Below, in pieces: positions 18,705 through 28,396 of a DNA stretch of 64,000 bases (position 1 is its first letter; the number at the start of each line of letters is the position of its first letter). The DNA lies in assembly GCA_965237415.1 (NCBI GenBank), contig CBDEFM010000002.1, positions 672,001-736,000 of the forward strand. The letters are read 5' to 3'. A program made the position numbers and the translations under genes. This stretch comes from Alphaproteobacteria bacterium (GTDB lineage Bacteria; Pseudomonadota; Alphaproteobacteria; UBA828). The notes beneath the pieces were generated by a model, which did no database searches, had not been told where the DNA came from, and saw only the letters and a list, made by a program, of their open reading frames with translations.

Positions 18705-20530
18705 GCGAGGCCGAGCCGCTGCCTTGTCTCCGCCGTCGGCCGTCCGTCCGTCGTCCAGCCGCGCAGCGCGTAATACTGCGGCAGCATCGTGTCGAGCTCG
18801 CAGACCTTGCCCTTGCCCGAGCCGCTCTTCGCCGCCTCCTTGAGGATGCGCTGAGGCAGCGTGTCGTCGGCGGCGGTCATGCCGGCGTCGAGGTTGAACT
18901 GGCGCTCCATGTTCCAGATGCGCTCGCCGGTCTCGTTCAGCCGGTCCACGGTCCAGCTGCCCTCGCAGGCGGCATCGACCAGGTTGGCGACTTCGTCGAG
19001 ACCCCAGATCATCATCGGGAAGGCGCAGATGCCGACGGAATCGATGGCCGCGTTCGAATCCTGGCTGTCCTTCACGATCTTGGCCTTGCCGTCAAGCTTG
19101 CCGCCGGAGAAGTCGTCCTCATAAGGGTCGGCGCGCAGGTGGCAGGCGCCCCGGTTGCTGGTGGCGTAGGCGAGGCCCATCCCCTGCATCGAGCGGCCGT
19201 CGTAGCCGGGGAACTCCTGCCCCTTGGCGACCATGGCGAACTCGGGGCGGCCGTACTTCTCGCAGAGCCGCTTGGCGCCGAGCCCGAGATCCTTGCCGAA
19301 GCCTGTGCCCGTGCCGGCCTCCTCCGCCGCCCTGCAGAGCGCCTCGGCCGAGCCGAAGGTGTAGGCGATGCCGCCGGTCTCGGCGTCGCTAATGGCGCCG
19401 GTCTCGTAGAGCTCCATCGCGGCTGCAACGGTGGCCCCGAAGGAGATCGGGTCCATCCCGTCCTCGTTGCAGACGAAGTTGGCGAAGGTCGCGGCCTCGA
19501 TGTCGTCGACGCCCACCATGGGGCCGAGGGAGTAGGCCGATTCGTATTCCAGCCCGCCGCTGACCTTCTTGTAGCGATCCCGATCGCGGATCGCGAAATG
19601 CGAGGGGTCCATCTTGGAGGCGCGCTGGCAGCCGATGGTGCAGGCGAAACAGGCGCGGTTCGCGACCAGATTGGCGGCGCCGTCGGAGCGGCGCACCTTC
19701 ATCATCGCGTCGGGACCGAGATTGCCGGTACCCTCGAACTGCACGTCCTGGTTGTTGCGGGTCGGCAGGCTGCCGAAGGCCTGGGTGACGTCGATCATCG
19801 AGAGCGTGCCGGTGCGCGCGAGGTCGGCGCGGGTCTGGCTCTCGGAGAGCGCGGCGGCGGCGTGCTCTACGGCCTCGGCGAAGGCGTCAGTGTCGTCCAC
19901 CGCGACGCCCCGCGTGCCGCGCACGGCAATCGCCTTGAGGTTCTTGGACCCCATCACGGCGCCGACGCCGGAGCGCCCGGCGGCCCGGTCGAGGTCGTTC
20001 ATCACGCAGGCGTAGCGGTTGAGGGTCTCGCCGGCCCGGCCGATCGAGGCGATCTTGATCGCGCCGTCCTGATGGCGCGCCTTGATCATCGGCTCGGTAT
20101 CCCAGACCGACTTGCCCCAGACGAAGCCCTCCGCGTCGATGAGCTCGGCGTGGTCGTCCTTGATGTAGAGGTAGACGGGGCGCGGCGAGCGGCCTTCGCA
20201 GATCACCATGTCCCAGCCCGCGAGCTTCAACTCGGCGCCGAAGTAGCCGCCCGAGTTCGAGCAGGCGACGGCGTTGGTCAGCGCTCCCTTGGTGACGACC
20301 GTGTAGCGGCCTCCGGTCGGCGCCGTGGTCCCGGTCAGCGGGCCGGTCGCGAAGATCAGCTTGTTCTCGGGCGAGAGCGGATCCGCCTTCGGGTCCATCT
20401 CCTCCGCCAGGTACTTGGTGGCAAGGCCCCTGCTGCCCAGATAGGTCTGCGCCCACTCCATGTTGAGCGCCTCTTCCGTGCAGGTGCCGGCGGTGAGGTC
20501 AGCCCGTAACAGTCTGCCTTGCCAAGCCAT
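18701..20530 (-). CDS. Aldehyde:ferredoxin oxidoreductase family (tungstopterin) catalytic subunit
   Basis: SNSGGYFGAELKLAG, RAAGRSGVGAVMGSKNLKAI, CFACTIGC, GLEYE, RGACH, DSVGIC, YYALRGW. Confidence 0.9.
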   Translation of the reverse strand: MAWQGRLLRADLTAGTCTEEALNMEWAQTYLGSRGLATKYLAEEMDPKADPLSPENKLIFATGPLTGTTAPTGGRYTVVTKGALTNAVACSNSGGYFGAELKLAGWDMVICEGRSPRPVYLYIKDDHAELIDAEGFVWGKSVWDTEPMIKARHQDGAIKIASIGRAGETLNRYACVMNDLDRAAGRSGVGAVMGSKNLKAIAVRGTRGVAVDDTDAFAEAVEHAAAALSESQTRADLARTGTLSMIDVTQAFGSLPTRNNQDVQFEGTGNLGPDAMMKVRRSDGAANLVANRACFACTIGCQRASKMDPSHFAIRDRDRYKKVSGGLEYESAYSLGPMVGVDDIEAATFANFVCNEDGMDPISFGATVAAAMELYETGAISDAETGGIAYTFGSAEALCRAAEEAGTGTGFGKDLGLGAKRLCEKYGRPEFAMVAKGQEFPGYDGRSMQGMGLAYATSNRGACHLRADPYEDDFSGGKLDGKAKIVKDSQDSNAAIDSVGICAFPMMIWGLDEVANLVDAACEGSWTVDRLNETGERIWNMERQFNLDAGMTAADDTLPQRILKEAAKSGSGKGKVCELDTMLPQYYALRGWTTDGRPTAETRQRLGLA

Positions 20531-20648
20531 AACGTCCTCCGCGCTGTCGATCGGCCGAGCCGGGCCGCGTGATGGGAAACGTACTCTTGGATTCGCCGTT
20601 CGCCAAGGGGTGGGCAGGCTTGAGAGCCCGGAGAGGCGGTAGCGGGGA

Positions 20649-21935
20649 TTACGCAGCCGGGCGGTGGACGGGCACCACGTAGGGGCCTTCGGGGATCACG
20701 GCAACCCGTCGGTCGCCATGCCGGGCAGTGCTTTCCGCCACCGATCCTGCGAGCGACTCGGTCATGCGGACTCCGGTGAGCGCCCGGTCCTCGGGCGCGA
20801 GACCCTCGGTGAAGAGATGGACCGTCCCGGCCCGCATGGGGCGGAGTTGCATCTCGGTCTGCCATTCGTCGATCGCGGCGTGGGTCTTGCCGTTGATCTC
20901 GTCGAGGAAATGCTCTGGTCCATTCTCCACCAGGCGGCGCTGGGCATCGGCGTAGTGAGCCGAGCCCAGACCTTCGGAGCATGCCGACGCAACGATGAGA
21001 TCGCCGCCCGGCACCAGAATTTCCAGCGGGCCGACCATGCCCTTGACGGTCTGATAGTAGGTCGCATCCAGCGGATGGCCCGCGGCGCTGGTCAGCACGG
21101 TCTTGAACCGTTCGCCCACGGGAACGGTGGCGAACCCCTCGGCGAAGCGGACCGCCTCCTCGTGGCTCGCCACGACCTCGCCGTAGTTGAGGAAGGCGAC
21201 GCGGCGCTCGTCGTCGATGACGCTGTTGACGGCGCGGGCTCCGCCGATCATCGCCATAATCTCCAGCTGCTCCTCGTGCAGCGGATTTCCCTCCAGCACG
21301 CAGTTGGTGCAGTTGGGATGCTCCATGAAGCGGGCGCTGTGGAAGGTGGTGACGGTCTCGGCATGGGCGACGCCGGGCGCGATCACCTTGCGCCCGCCCG
21401 ACCAGCCGGCCATGAAGTGCGGCTCCACCAGGCCAGTGGCGATGCGCAGATCGGCTTCGACGAAGCGCCGGTCGAGCCGTACCACCGTGCCCCGCCGGGT
21501 CGTTCCGATCAGCACGTGGTCTGCGTCCTCCCGGGCAAAATGGTTCGCGACGTCCACCGTCTCCAGCACCCAGGGATCGCCGACCAGAGCGGCAAGCTCT
21601 TCGCCCTCGTTGGGCCGGTGCAGCCCGGTCGCGATCAGCACCGTGATCTGCTCAGGCGCCAGCCCGGCGCCGAGCAGAGTGCGGATGAGCGGCGGCAGGA
21701 TCACGCCGTTGGGCACCGGGCGCGTGAAGTCGCAGATAAGGATGCAGACGCGCTTGGCACGCGCGGCCTCCTCCGCAAGCAGCGGGCAAGCCACGGGCCG
21801 GGCGAGAGCCTCTTCCATGGCCTGCGCCGGATCGGCGAGCAGCGGCATCGCCTTCTTGGCAATCACGGTGACGTCGAGCTCGTCGGGCAGATCGACCGCC
21901 CGCAGGCCCCGGCCGTAGTTCAGATGAACGCGCAT
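20649..21935 (-). CDS. Nickel-pincer-nucleotide-dependent racemase/epimerase, LarA family
   Basis: DFTRP, ATGLHR, NH, EPHFMAGWSGGRK, PGVA, FH, GHPLDATYYQTVKG. Confidence 0.85.
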   Translation of the reverse strand: MRVHLNYGRGLRAVDLPDELDVTVIAKKAMPLLADPAQAMEEALARPVACPLLAEEAARAKRVCILICDFTRPVPNGVILPPLIRTLLGAGLAPEQITVLIATGLHRPNEGEELAALVGDPWVLETVDVANHFAREDADHVLIGTTRRGTVVRLDRRFVEADLRIATGLVEPHFMAGWSGGRKVIAPGVAHAETVTTFHSARFMEHPNCTNCVLEGNPLHEEQLEIMAMIGGARAVNSVIDDERRVAFLNYGEVVASHEEAVRFAEGFATVPVGERFKTVLTSAAGHPLDATYYQTVKGMVGPLEILVPGGDLIVASACSEGLGSAHYADAQRRLVENGPEHFLDEINGKTHAAIDEWQTEMQLRPMRAGTVHLFTEGLAPEDRALTGVRMTESLAGSVAESTARHGDRRVAVIPEGPYVVPVHRPAA

Positions 21936-21984
21936 GCGATCGGCCTAAGGCGCAAGAGATGCAACGGCAGTCTTCATCGTCACC

Positions 21985-24504
21985 TCACCGCGTCCCGGCG
22001 AGGGGAATTCCGGTTGCGTGCGCAGTTGCAATAGTCAGCGCGCGGAGGTCTTCGGGCTCGACGTTCTGAAGGTTTGTCTTGCCGGTGCAGCGCGCCATCA
22101 TCGACGCCTCGGACGCGGTCGCCTTGATGATGTTGACGGTGCCTGTCGTGCGGTCCTCGTCGCTGCGGTCTGCCGAGAACGCGAGCTCGTGGGCGCCGGT
22201 GATGGCACCGCCTGCAGCAAGCCCCACGGCGACACCCAGCACCACCGCGACCGTGCCGAGCGCGATCACCTTGGCCGCATCGGTGCCCGAGCGTACGCCG
22301 CCGAAGTAGACGAGGTCGATCTCCTCCTCGCGGTTGAGACGGCGCAGGATCGCCACCGCATCCCGCAGGATCGTGAGATCGGGCGCACCCCTGAGCTCCG
22401 CCCAGGGTGCGCCGAGCCCGGCGCTGCCGTCCAGCAGCAGCATGCCGAAGCCCGCATCGAGCGTATGGGGGATCGCCTCTTCCAGAACCTCTGGCGAGGA
22501 GACCGAAAGCCCCAGCACCTGGCCTTCGGCCGCGGCGGTCGCGTCGACGGGCGTGAAGCGGTGGCCGAGAGCGTAGATCAGCCCCGCCGCGTCCGCGCTC
22601 GGCGCGATCTGCCCCGGCAGCACGAGCTGGAACCAGCGCGCGCCTTCACCCACGGGCTGCACCCCGAGATAGCTCGCATCCGCCTCCGCGATGCCGCGCC
22701 CGACCGCAGCCCGCACCTCCGCCGGCGCGTCGTCGAAGCCCGTCACCATGAAGGGCAGCGCGAGATCGGTGCCGCCCACCGTGGTGCCGATCCGGCAGGC
22801 CTCGCGGTAGGGATCGATCACAAGGCGCGAGAGGTTCGCGGGCAGGAAGGCGAGATCGTCCAGAACGCCGGGGAGCTCTTCCGGGAAGGGGTCGTCCCGC
22901 TCGCCCATGCGCTTCTCCAGCATCGCCTTCTGACCCGCCGTATCGCCCGGCGTGGTGCGGGCCATCACGAAGATGTCCTCACGGTGCCCCACTGCATAGT
23001 CGGCGGAGCCGGTCTCGGCATCGCAGCGGTAGCACCGTGCCGCCTCCTTGCGCGCGGACTCCCAGCCGTAGGTGGTCTCGATCTCGGGGAACGTCACAGG
23101 GTCCTTGCCGAGGCCGAGGAAATCGGGGTGCTGAACCGGCAGAAGCTCCCACTCCAGGTCCTGCGCCACCGGCACCCGCTGCGTGCGGTAAGGTGTCTTG
23201 TAAGGCAGCGGGTCGGCGCGGCCCTCCAGATACGCCTTCACGTAGTAGGCAACCCGCTGGCCGTGGTTCATCGCCATCACGATGGTCGACCCGCCGAAGG
23301 CCCCGTCGCCCGCCGCGAACACCATGGGATCGTTCGTGCGCATGCCTTCCCACGCGGTCCGCACTCGGTCCGTCTGCATCAATCCCCGCCGGTGGAGGTC
23401 GTCGCAGAGACCCTCCTGCCCCACCGAGGCGATCACCATGCCGCACGCGATGTCGTGCTCCGTGCCCGGCACGTTCACCGGCGCGCGCCGGCCGGACTCG
23501 TCCGGGTCTCCCAGCGTGGTCTCAACGCAGCGCACGGCGAGCCCGTTGCCCTGCGGCACGATGGCGGTCTGCTGGGTGTGATAGATGAACTCGATCCCCT
23601 CCTCGATCGCGCCCTCGAGCTCGATCTTGCGCGCCGGGATCTCCGCCGGGCCCCGCCGGTAGATCACCTTGACGTGCTTGCAGCCCGGCAGGCGCCTCGC
23701 GACCCGGCAGGCGTCCATCGCCACGTCGCCGCCGCCGATCACCACAACCGTCTCCGGCATCTCGGGCCGGGCGCCCTCGTTCACGTCGCGCAGGAACTGC
23801 ACGCCGTCGATCACACTGGTGCGGTCCTCGCCCGGAATGCCCATCTTCTTGCCCCACCACGCACCGATGGCGAGGACTACCGCGTCGTGCCGCTCCTTGA
23901 GATCGTCCAGCGTCACGTCCCGCCCGAGCGCGGTGTCGAGGTGAACCTCCATCCCGGGGCAGCGGCGAGCCATGCGGTCGATATCCTCCTGGATGATCCC
24001 GGGCGGCAGCCGAAACGCAGGAATGCCCCAGATCATCATGCCGCCCAAGCGGTCGGTCATCTCGTAGACGTGCACCTTGTAGCCCGCGACCGAGAGGTCT
24101 TGCGCCGCCGTCAGGCCCGCAGGGCCCGAGCCCACCACCGCAACGCTCTGCTCATGGCGCACCGGCACCGGCGGCGGGTCGTAGTCGTGACCCACCTCGT
24201 CCATGACGAAGCGCTTCAGGTTGCGGATCTGCACAGGGCCGTCGGAATCCGTCCGCCGGCACGCCGGCTCGCACGGCGCATCGCACACCCGCCCGCAGAT
24301 CGAACTGAATGGATTGGTCGCCGTGATCGCCTCGAACGCCTCCTCGAAGCGCCGCTCCCAGATATAGGCGATATAGGACGGCGCATCCGTCCCCACCGGG
24401 CAGGCGATCTGGCAGGGCGCCGGCACGAAGTGCGCGTCGTCCGTGTCGTCCGGCAGCTCCGCGAGCAGCTGACCGCCCGCCTCCATCTCCTCCAATATCG
24501 CCAT
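21985..24504 (-). CDS. GltD-like Fe-S/FAD pyridine-nucleotide oxidoreductase fused to a degenerate glutamate-synthase FMN-barrel domain
   Basis: PCQIACP, ICGRVCDAPCEPAC, GSGPAG, GIPAFRLP, GGGDVAMD, EAARCYRC; then LDDLAFLPANLSRLVIDPYREAC...FGGVRSGTDAAKVIALG...MARCTGK. Confidence 0.8.
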   Translation of the reverse strand: MAILEEMEAGGQLLAELPDDTDDAHFVPAPCQIACPVGTDAPSYIAYIWERRFEEAFEAITATNPFSSICGRVCDAPCEPACRRTDSDGPVQIRNLKRFVMDEVGHDYDPPPVPVRHEQSVAVVGSGPAGLTAAQDLSVAGYKVHVYEMTDRLGGMMIWGIPAFRLPPGIIQEDIDRMARRCPGMEVHLDTALGRDVTLDDLKERHDAVVLAIGAWWGKKMGIPGEDRTSVIDGVQFLRDVNEGARPEMPETVVVIGGGDVAMDACRVARRLPGCKHVKVIYRRGPAEIPARKIELEGAIEEGIEFIYHTQQTAIVPQGNGLAVRCVETTLGDPDESGRRAPVNVPGTEHDIACGMVIASVGQEGLCDDLHRRGLMQTDRVRTAWEGMRTNDPMVFAAGDGAFGGSTIVMAMNHGQRVAYYVKAYLEGRADPLPYKTPYRTQRVPVAQDLEWELLPVQHPDFLGLGKDPVTFPEIETTYGWESARKEAARCYRCDAETGSADYAVGHREDIFVMARTTPGDTAGQKAMLEKRMGERDDPFPEELPGVLDDLAFLPANLSRLVIDPYREACRIGTTVGGTDLALPFMVTGFDDAPAEVRAAVGRGIAEADASYLGVQPVGEGARWFQLVLPGQIAPSADAAGLIYALGHRFTPVDATAAAEGQVLGLSVSSPEVLEEAIPHTLDAGFGMLLLDGSAGLGAPWAELRGAPDLTILRDAVAILRRLNREEEIDLVYFGGVRSGTDAAKVIALGTVAVVLGVAVGLAAGGAITGAHELAFSADRSDEDRTTGTVNIIKATASEASMMARCTGKTNLQNVEPEDLRALTIATAHATGIPLAGTR

Positions 24505-24507
24505 CGC

Positions 24508-26466
24508 TCAGCCCATCCTGCTGAGGAGCGCCTGCTCGCGCTCGCGGTATTCCGGCGCATAGGGCAGGCCCGTCATCTCCGCCGCGTCCCGGGTCACCGC
24601 AACCAGGTCGTTCCGGTTCAGCCCGGTCGTGCTCCCATAACCCAGCGCCTGGGTCAGTGCCGCGATCTGCCAGCGCACGCCTTCCAGGTAGCGGTGGATG
24701 TTGCGGGCCTCCGCCACCGGGTTGTAGCGGCGCTCGTGCTCGGGGTCCTGGGTCGCGATCCCCGTCACGCACTGCCCCACGTGGCATTGCATGCAGGCGA
24801 TGCAGCCGCCGGCGATGATCACCGCCGTTCCCATCGCCACCGCATCGGCGCCGAGGCAGAGCCCCTTCACCGCGTCGATCCCGTCCCGGATGCCGCCCAT
24901 GAGCACGAGCTGCATCTTGCCGAGGCCGTCGACCTCCCCCAGCGCCTCGATCGCCTGGGTGATGGCGGCAAGCGTGGGCACCCCCACGTGCTCCATCACC
25001 TCCGCACCGCCCGCACCCGTCGAGCCCTGCATCCCGTCGAGCTCAACGAAGTCGAAGCCGTCCTTGTAGGCGATCTTGATATCGTCGCGCACCCGGCCCG
25101 CGCCGAGCTTCACGCTCACCGGGATGCGGTAGCCTGTCGCCTCCCGGAACTCCTCCACCTTGATGACCAGATCGTCGGCGCCGAGGATGTCCGGGTGGCG
25201 GGAGGGCGAGCGCAGGTCGATGCCCTCCGGGATCCCCCGGATGGTGGCAAGCTCCTTAGTCACCTTCTTCGCCATGAGCTGGCCGCCGAAGCCCGGCTTC
25301 GCCCCCTGGCTGATATAGATTTCGAGCCCGTCCGCCCGGTTCATGTCGTGGATGTTCCAGCCGAGCCGGCCGCCCAGACACTGGAAGACAAGCTGCTCCG
25401 CCGCACCCCGCTGGGCGTCGCTCATGCCGCCTTCGCCGGTATTCTCGGCGATCCCCGCCATGCTCGACGCCATGCCCACCGCCTGCTTGGTCGAGCGCGA
25501 GAGCGCGCCGTAGCTCATCGGCGCGACCATCACCGGCATGGAGAGCTTGAGCGCCTTCGCTCCGTTCAGACCCCCGATCTCGGTCCGCATTTCCACCGCC
25601 GTCACCGGGTCGCCTGCCGTGCCCGCGCCCGAGAGGTCGCGCTTGAAGGCGAGGTCCGAGAGGTGCGGCAACGTGCGCGCGCCGCCATAGCCCCGCACCC
25701 GGTAGCGGCCGATCTGGGCCTTGACGTAGACGTCCTCCTGCACTTTCGGGTTCCAGTAATCCGACGCGCCCGAGAAGGTGAAGAAGGGAATGCTGCGCAC
25801 CTGCTGCTCGCTGGTCGCGTAGCGCAGACGCTTTCCGGCGTTCACGATCTTCTGGAAGCCGCCCTTGTAGGCGATCTCGTGACGGTCCAGGAACGCGCGG
25901 ATGTCGTCGACCTCGGCCTCCTCGATATCGGTCAGCTGCGCGTCGGAGCCGAGAGAGCGCACCGCGCCGCCGACATAAATGTCACCGGCCGCCATATCCT
26001 CGCCCACACGCTCGCCGGATTCGCCCAGGATGATGATGCGCCCGCCGTACATCATGTAACCGGCCATGAAGTTGGCGTTGCCGACGCAGCAGAGCGTCCC
26101 CGCCTTCATCACCTGGCCCGCACGCGAGCCCACGTTGCCGTGCACCACGATCTCCACGCCACGGATCGCAACGCCCGCGATCGCGCCCGCGTTGCCGCGC
26201 ACCGTCACCGTTCCGGCGTACATGTTGTCGCCGAGACCCCAGCCGGCATTGTTGTCGATCTCGAAGCGTGCCTTGTCCGCAAGTCCTGCGCAGAAGTAGC
26301 CCGCAGAGCCCCGGACATGCACCCGCACCGGGTGGATCAGTCCGACGCCGATATGATGGCGCGCGTCGGGGTTGAGGACCTCGATGTCCTCTCCCTTCGC
26401 TCCCCAGTCGCGGATTTGCTCGTTGGCGTGGCGGACGGAAACCTGTCCTAGGTCAATCTGGACCAT
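24508..26466 (-). CDS. GXGXG (GltB domain III / GlxC-MgsB-like) plus FMN-binding glutamate synthase (GlxD-MgsC-like) fusion
   Basis: N-terminal beta-helix GSAGYFCAG..GNAG..GSRAGQVMKAG; C-terminal APMSYGALS, NTGEGGM, SQGAKPGFGGQL, SPSRHPD, DGMQGSTGA, CIACMQCHVGQCVTGIATQDP. Confidence 0.85.
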   Translation of the reverse strand: MVQIDLGQVSVRHANEQIRDWGAKGEDIEVLNPDARHHIGVGLIHPVRVHVRGSAGYFCAGLADKARFEIDNNAGWGLGDNMYAGTVTVRGNAGAIAGVAIRGVEIVVHGNVGSRAGQVMKAGTLCCVGNANFMAGYMMYGGRIIILGESGERVGEDMAAGDIYVGGAVRSLGSDAQLTDIEEAEVDDIRAFLDRHEIAYKGGFQKIVNAGKRLRYATSEQQVRSIPFFTFSGASDYWNPKVQEDVYVKAQIGRYRVRGYGGARTLPHLSDLAFKRDLSGAGTAGDPVTAVEMRTEIGGLNGAKALKLSMPVMVAPMSYGALSRSTKQAVGMASSMAGIAENTGEGGMSDAQRGAAEQLVFQCLGGRLGWNIHDMNRADGLEIYISQGAKPGFGGQLMAKKVTKELATIRGIPEGIDLRSPSRHPDILGADDLVIKVEEFREATGYRIPVSVKLGAGRVRDDIKIAYKDGFDFVELDGMQGSTGAGGAEVMEHVGVPTLAAITQAIEALGEVDGLGKMQLVLMGGIRDGIDAVKGLCLGADAVAMGTAVIIAGGCIACMQCHVGQCVTGIATQDPEHERRYNPVAEARNIHRYLEGVRWQIAALTQALGYGSTTGLNRNDLVAVTRDAAEMTGLPYAPEYREREQALLSRMG

Positions 26467-27389
26467 GTGCCATAGCTCCCCGGCGGCGGTTCCCTCGTGT
26501 CAAGCGCGCGGCCCGGGAAGAGGCGGTTCAGCGAAACCTCCTCCGAGGCGATCGCGATCAGGTCGTCGTTCTCGTACATGATCATCGGCTTCGCCGCGAG
26601 ATTGTCCTTGGCGTAGCCGATCTCATCCTTGGTCGAGACCAGGAACGAGAACGTGCCGTCGAGATCGTCGATCGAGGTCTTCAGCGCATCCTCGAGAAGA
26701 ATCGCGTTGGCGAGCTTGTCTGCCAGATAGACCGCGATCAGCTCGCTGTCGTTGTCTGTATGGAACCCGAACCCGCGCCGCTCCAGCCGCCGGCGCATCT
26801 TCCAGTAGTTCGTAATCTGGCCGTTGTGCACGATCGCGATGTCGGTGAACCCCGTTGCCCAGAAGGGATGCGCCGCCTCGGGCTTCACCTCGGACTCGGT
26901 CGCAAGCCGCACATGGCCGAGCCCGTGGGTGCCCTGAACCTCGCGCACGTGGAAGATCTCGTCCACATCGTGGGCGCTGCCCACGTCCTTGCGGATATCC
27001 AGGCTCTCCCCGATCGAGATCAGCGTCGCCGCGTGCTCCATGTCGTAGGTCAGCTTCTGCACGTCGCCGGCGAAGCGCACAACGACCCGGTAGCTGTTGC
27101 CCACATGTTCGCCGTCCACGATCTCCGCACCGTGCTCCTCAAGGGTGCTGCGAATATCCGCGATCGCGCCCTCGACGCCACTGTTATGGCCGACGCCATC
27201 GCCCGCGCCGTTCCCCTCCCCCACCAGGAAGCGCAGCCGGAGCTGGCCCGGCTCGGCGTCCTCATAGAGCGCGAACCCGGTCGAATCAGGGCCCCGGTGC
27301 TGGCAGCCGTCCAGCATGTCGATCAGCGCCTGACCCGCCGACAGACCCGTGTCACCGTGCTTGAACATCACGCCCGCTATCCCGCACAT
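26448..27389 (-). CDS. Class II (Ntn) glutamine amidotransferase, GlxB/MgsA-like
   Basis: MCGIAG N-terminal Cys nucleophile, HRGPDSTG, GHVRLATES, AHPF, VHNGQITN, DNDSE, LDGTFS. Confidence 0.88.
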   Translation of the reverse strand: MCGIAGVMFKHGDTGLSAGQALIDMLDGCQHRGPDSTGFALYEDAEPGQLRLRFLVGEGNGAGDGVGHNSGVEGAIADIRSTLEEHGAEIVDGEHVGNSYRVVVRFAGDVQKLTYDMEHAATLISIGESLDIRKDVGSAHDVDEIFHVREVQGTHGLGHVRLATESEVKPEAAHPFWATGFTDIAIVHNGQITNYWKMRRRLERRGFGFHTDNDSELIAVYLADKLANAILLEDALKTSIDDLDGTFSFLVSTKDEIGYAKDNLAAKPMIMYENDDLIAIASEEVSLNRLFPGRALDTREPPPGSYGTWSRLT

Positions 27390-27496
27390 GCGCGTCGTCC
27401 CGTTCTGTCGTCCCGAAAGTGCCCGATCATACCATGAATCAAGGACTCGCAAGCCGAACCTCCGCTATCATGCCCCCAGCCTGAGGAAGATCAGCC

Positions 27497-28396
27497 ATGC
27501 CCCACGCGCAGGCGCCGGACGGGATCAAGCTCTACTACGAGGAGGCCGGGACCGGCCATCCAATGCTCTTCATCCACGAATTCGCTGGCGATCTCCTGAG
27601 TTGGGAGCCGCAGCTCTGCCACTTCGCGCGGCGCTACCGCTGCATCGCCTACAACGCCCGCGGCTATCCCCCCTCGGACGTGCCGGAGGACGCCGACGCC
27701 TACAGCCAGGCCCATGCGGTGGCGGATGCGATCGCCGTCCTCGACCACTTGGGCGTCGAGCGCGCCCATGTGGTGGGCTTGAGCATGGGCGGCTTCGCGA
27801 CCATCCATATCGGCCTGAAACACCCGGACCGCGCCTCGGCACTGGTGGTCGCCGGCTGCGGCTACGGCGCGCCGAAGGATGCCCGCACCGGGTTCCAGCG
27901 CGAGACCCATGCGGTGGCCGACCGCCTGGAGCGCGAGGGAGCAGGCCCGGTGGGTGCCGACTACGCGCTCGGGCCCACGCGGGTGCAGTTCCAGACCAAG
28001 GACCCGCGCGGCTGGGCGACCTTCCGCGACCGCGTGGCGGATCATTCGGCGAAGGGCACGGCCAACACGCTGCGCGGCGTGCAGGCCCGCCGCCCCTCGC
28101 TCTACGATCTGGAGGACGGCCTCGCCGCGCTCACCGTGCCGACGCTGCTGATCACCGGGGACGAAGACGAGCCCTGCCTCGACGCGAACCTCTACCTCAA
28201 GCGCACGATGCCCACGGCCGGCCTGTTGGTGATCCCGAAGTCGGGCCACACCATCAACTTGGAGGAGCCGGACGCCTTCAACCAGGCCTGCGCGGATTTC
28301 TTCGCCCAGGTCGAGAACGGCCGTTGGGAGGCGCGCGATCCGCGCTCGCTCAGCGCCACGTCGATCATCCGGGCCGACGCGGACGAGCGGTCATGA
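27497..28396 (+). CDS. Alpha/beta-fold hydrolase
   Basis: FIHEFAG oxyanion region, GLSMGG nucleophile elbow, GDEDEP, SGHTINLE. Confidence 0.85.
   Translation: MPHAQAPDGIKLYYEEAGTGHPMLFIHEFAGDLLSWEPQLCHFARRYRCIAYNARGYPPSDVPEDADAYSQAHAVADAIAVLDHLGVERAHVVGLSMGGFATIHIGLKHPDRASALVVAGCGYGAPKDARTGFQRETHAVADRLEREGAGPVGADYALGPTRVQFQTKDPRGWATFRDRVADHSAKGTANTLRGVQARRPSLYDLEDGLAALTVPTLLITGDEDEPCLDANLYLKRTMPTAGLLVIPKSGHTINLEEPDAFNQACADFFAQVENGRWEARDPRSLSATSIIRADADERS

Noticed and set aside
22018-26451. 1477-aa plus-strand ORF and other long antisense ORFs (e.g. 28192-31488, 49709-52069, 16208-17836)
   Set aside because: Shadow frames opposite well-supported genes, expected in high-GC DNA; no recognisable motifs.
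24508-27389. Naming these genes mgsABC (N-methylglutamate synthase)
   Set aside because: The B and C equivalents are fused, an extra GltD fusion is present, and no gmaS or mgd genes are adjacent, so the function is not established.
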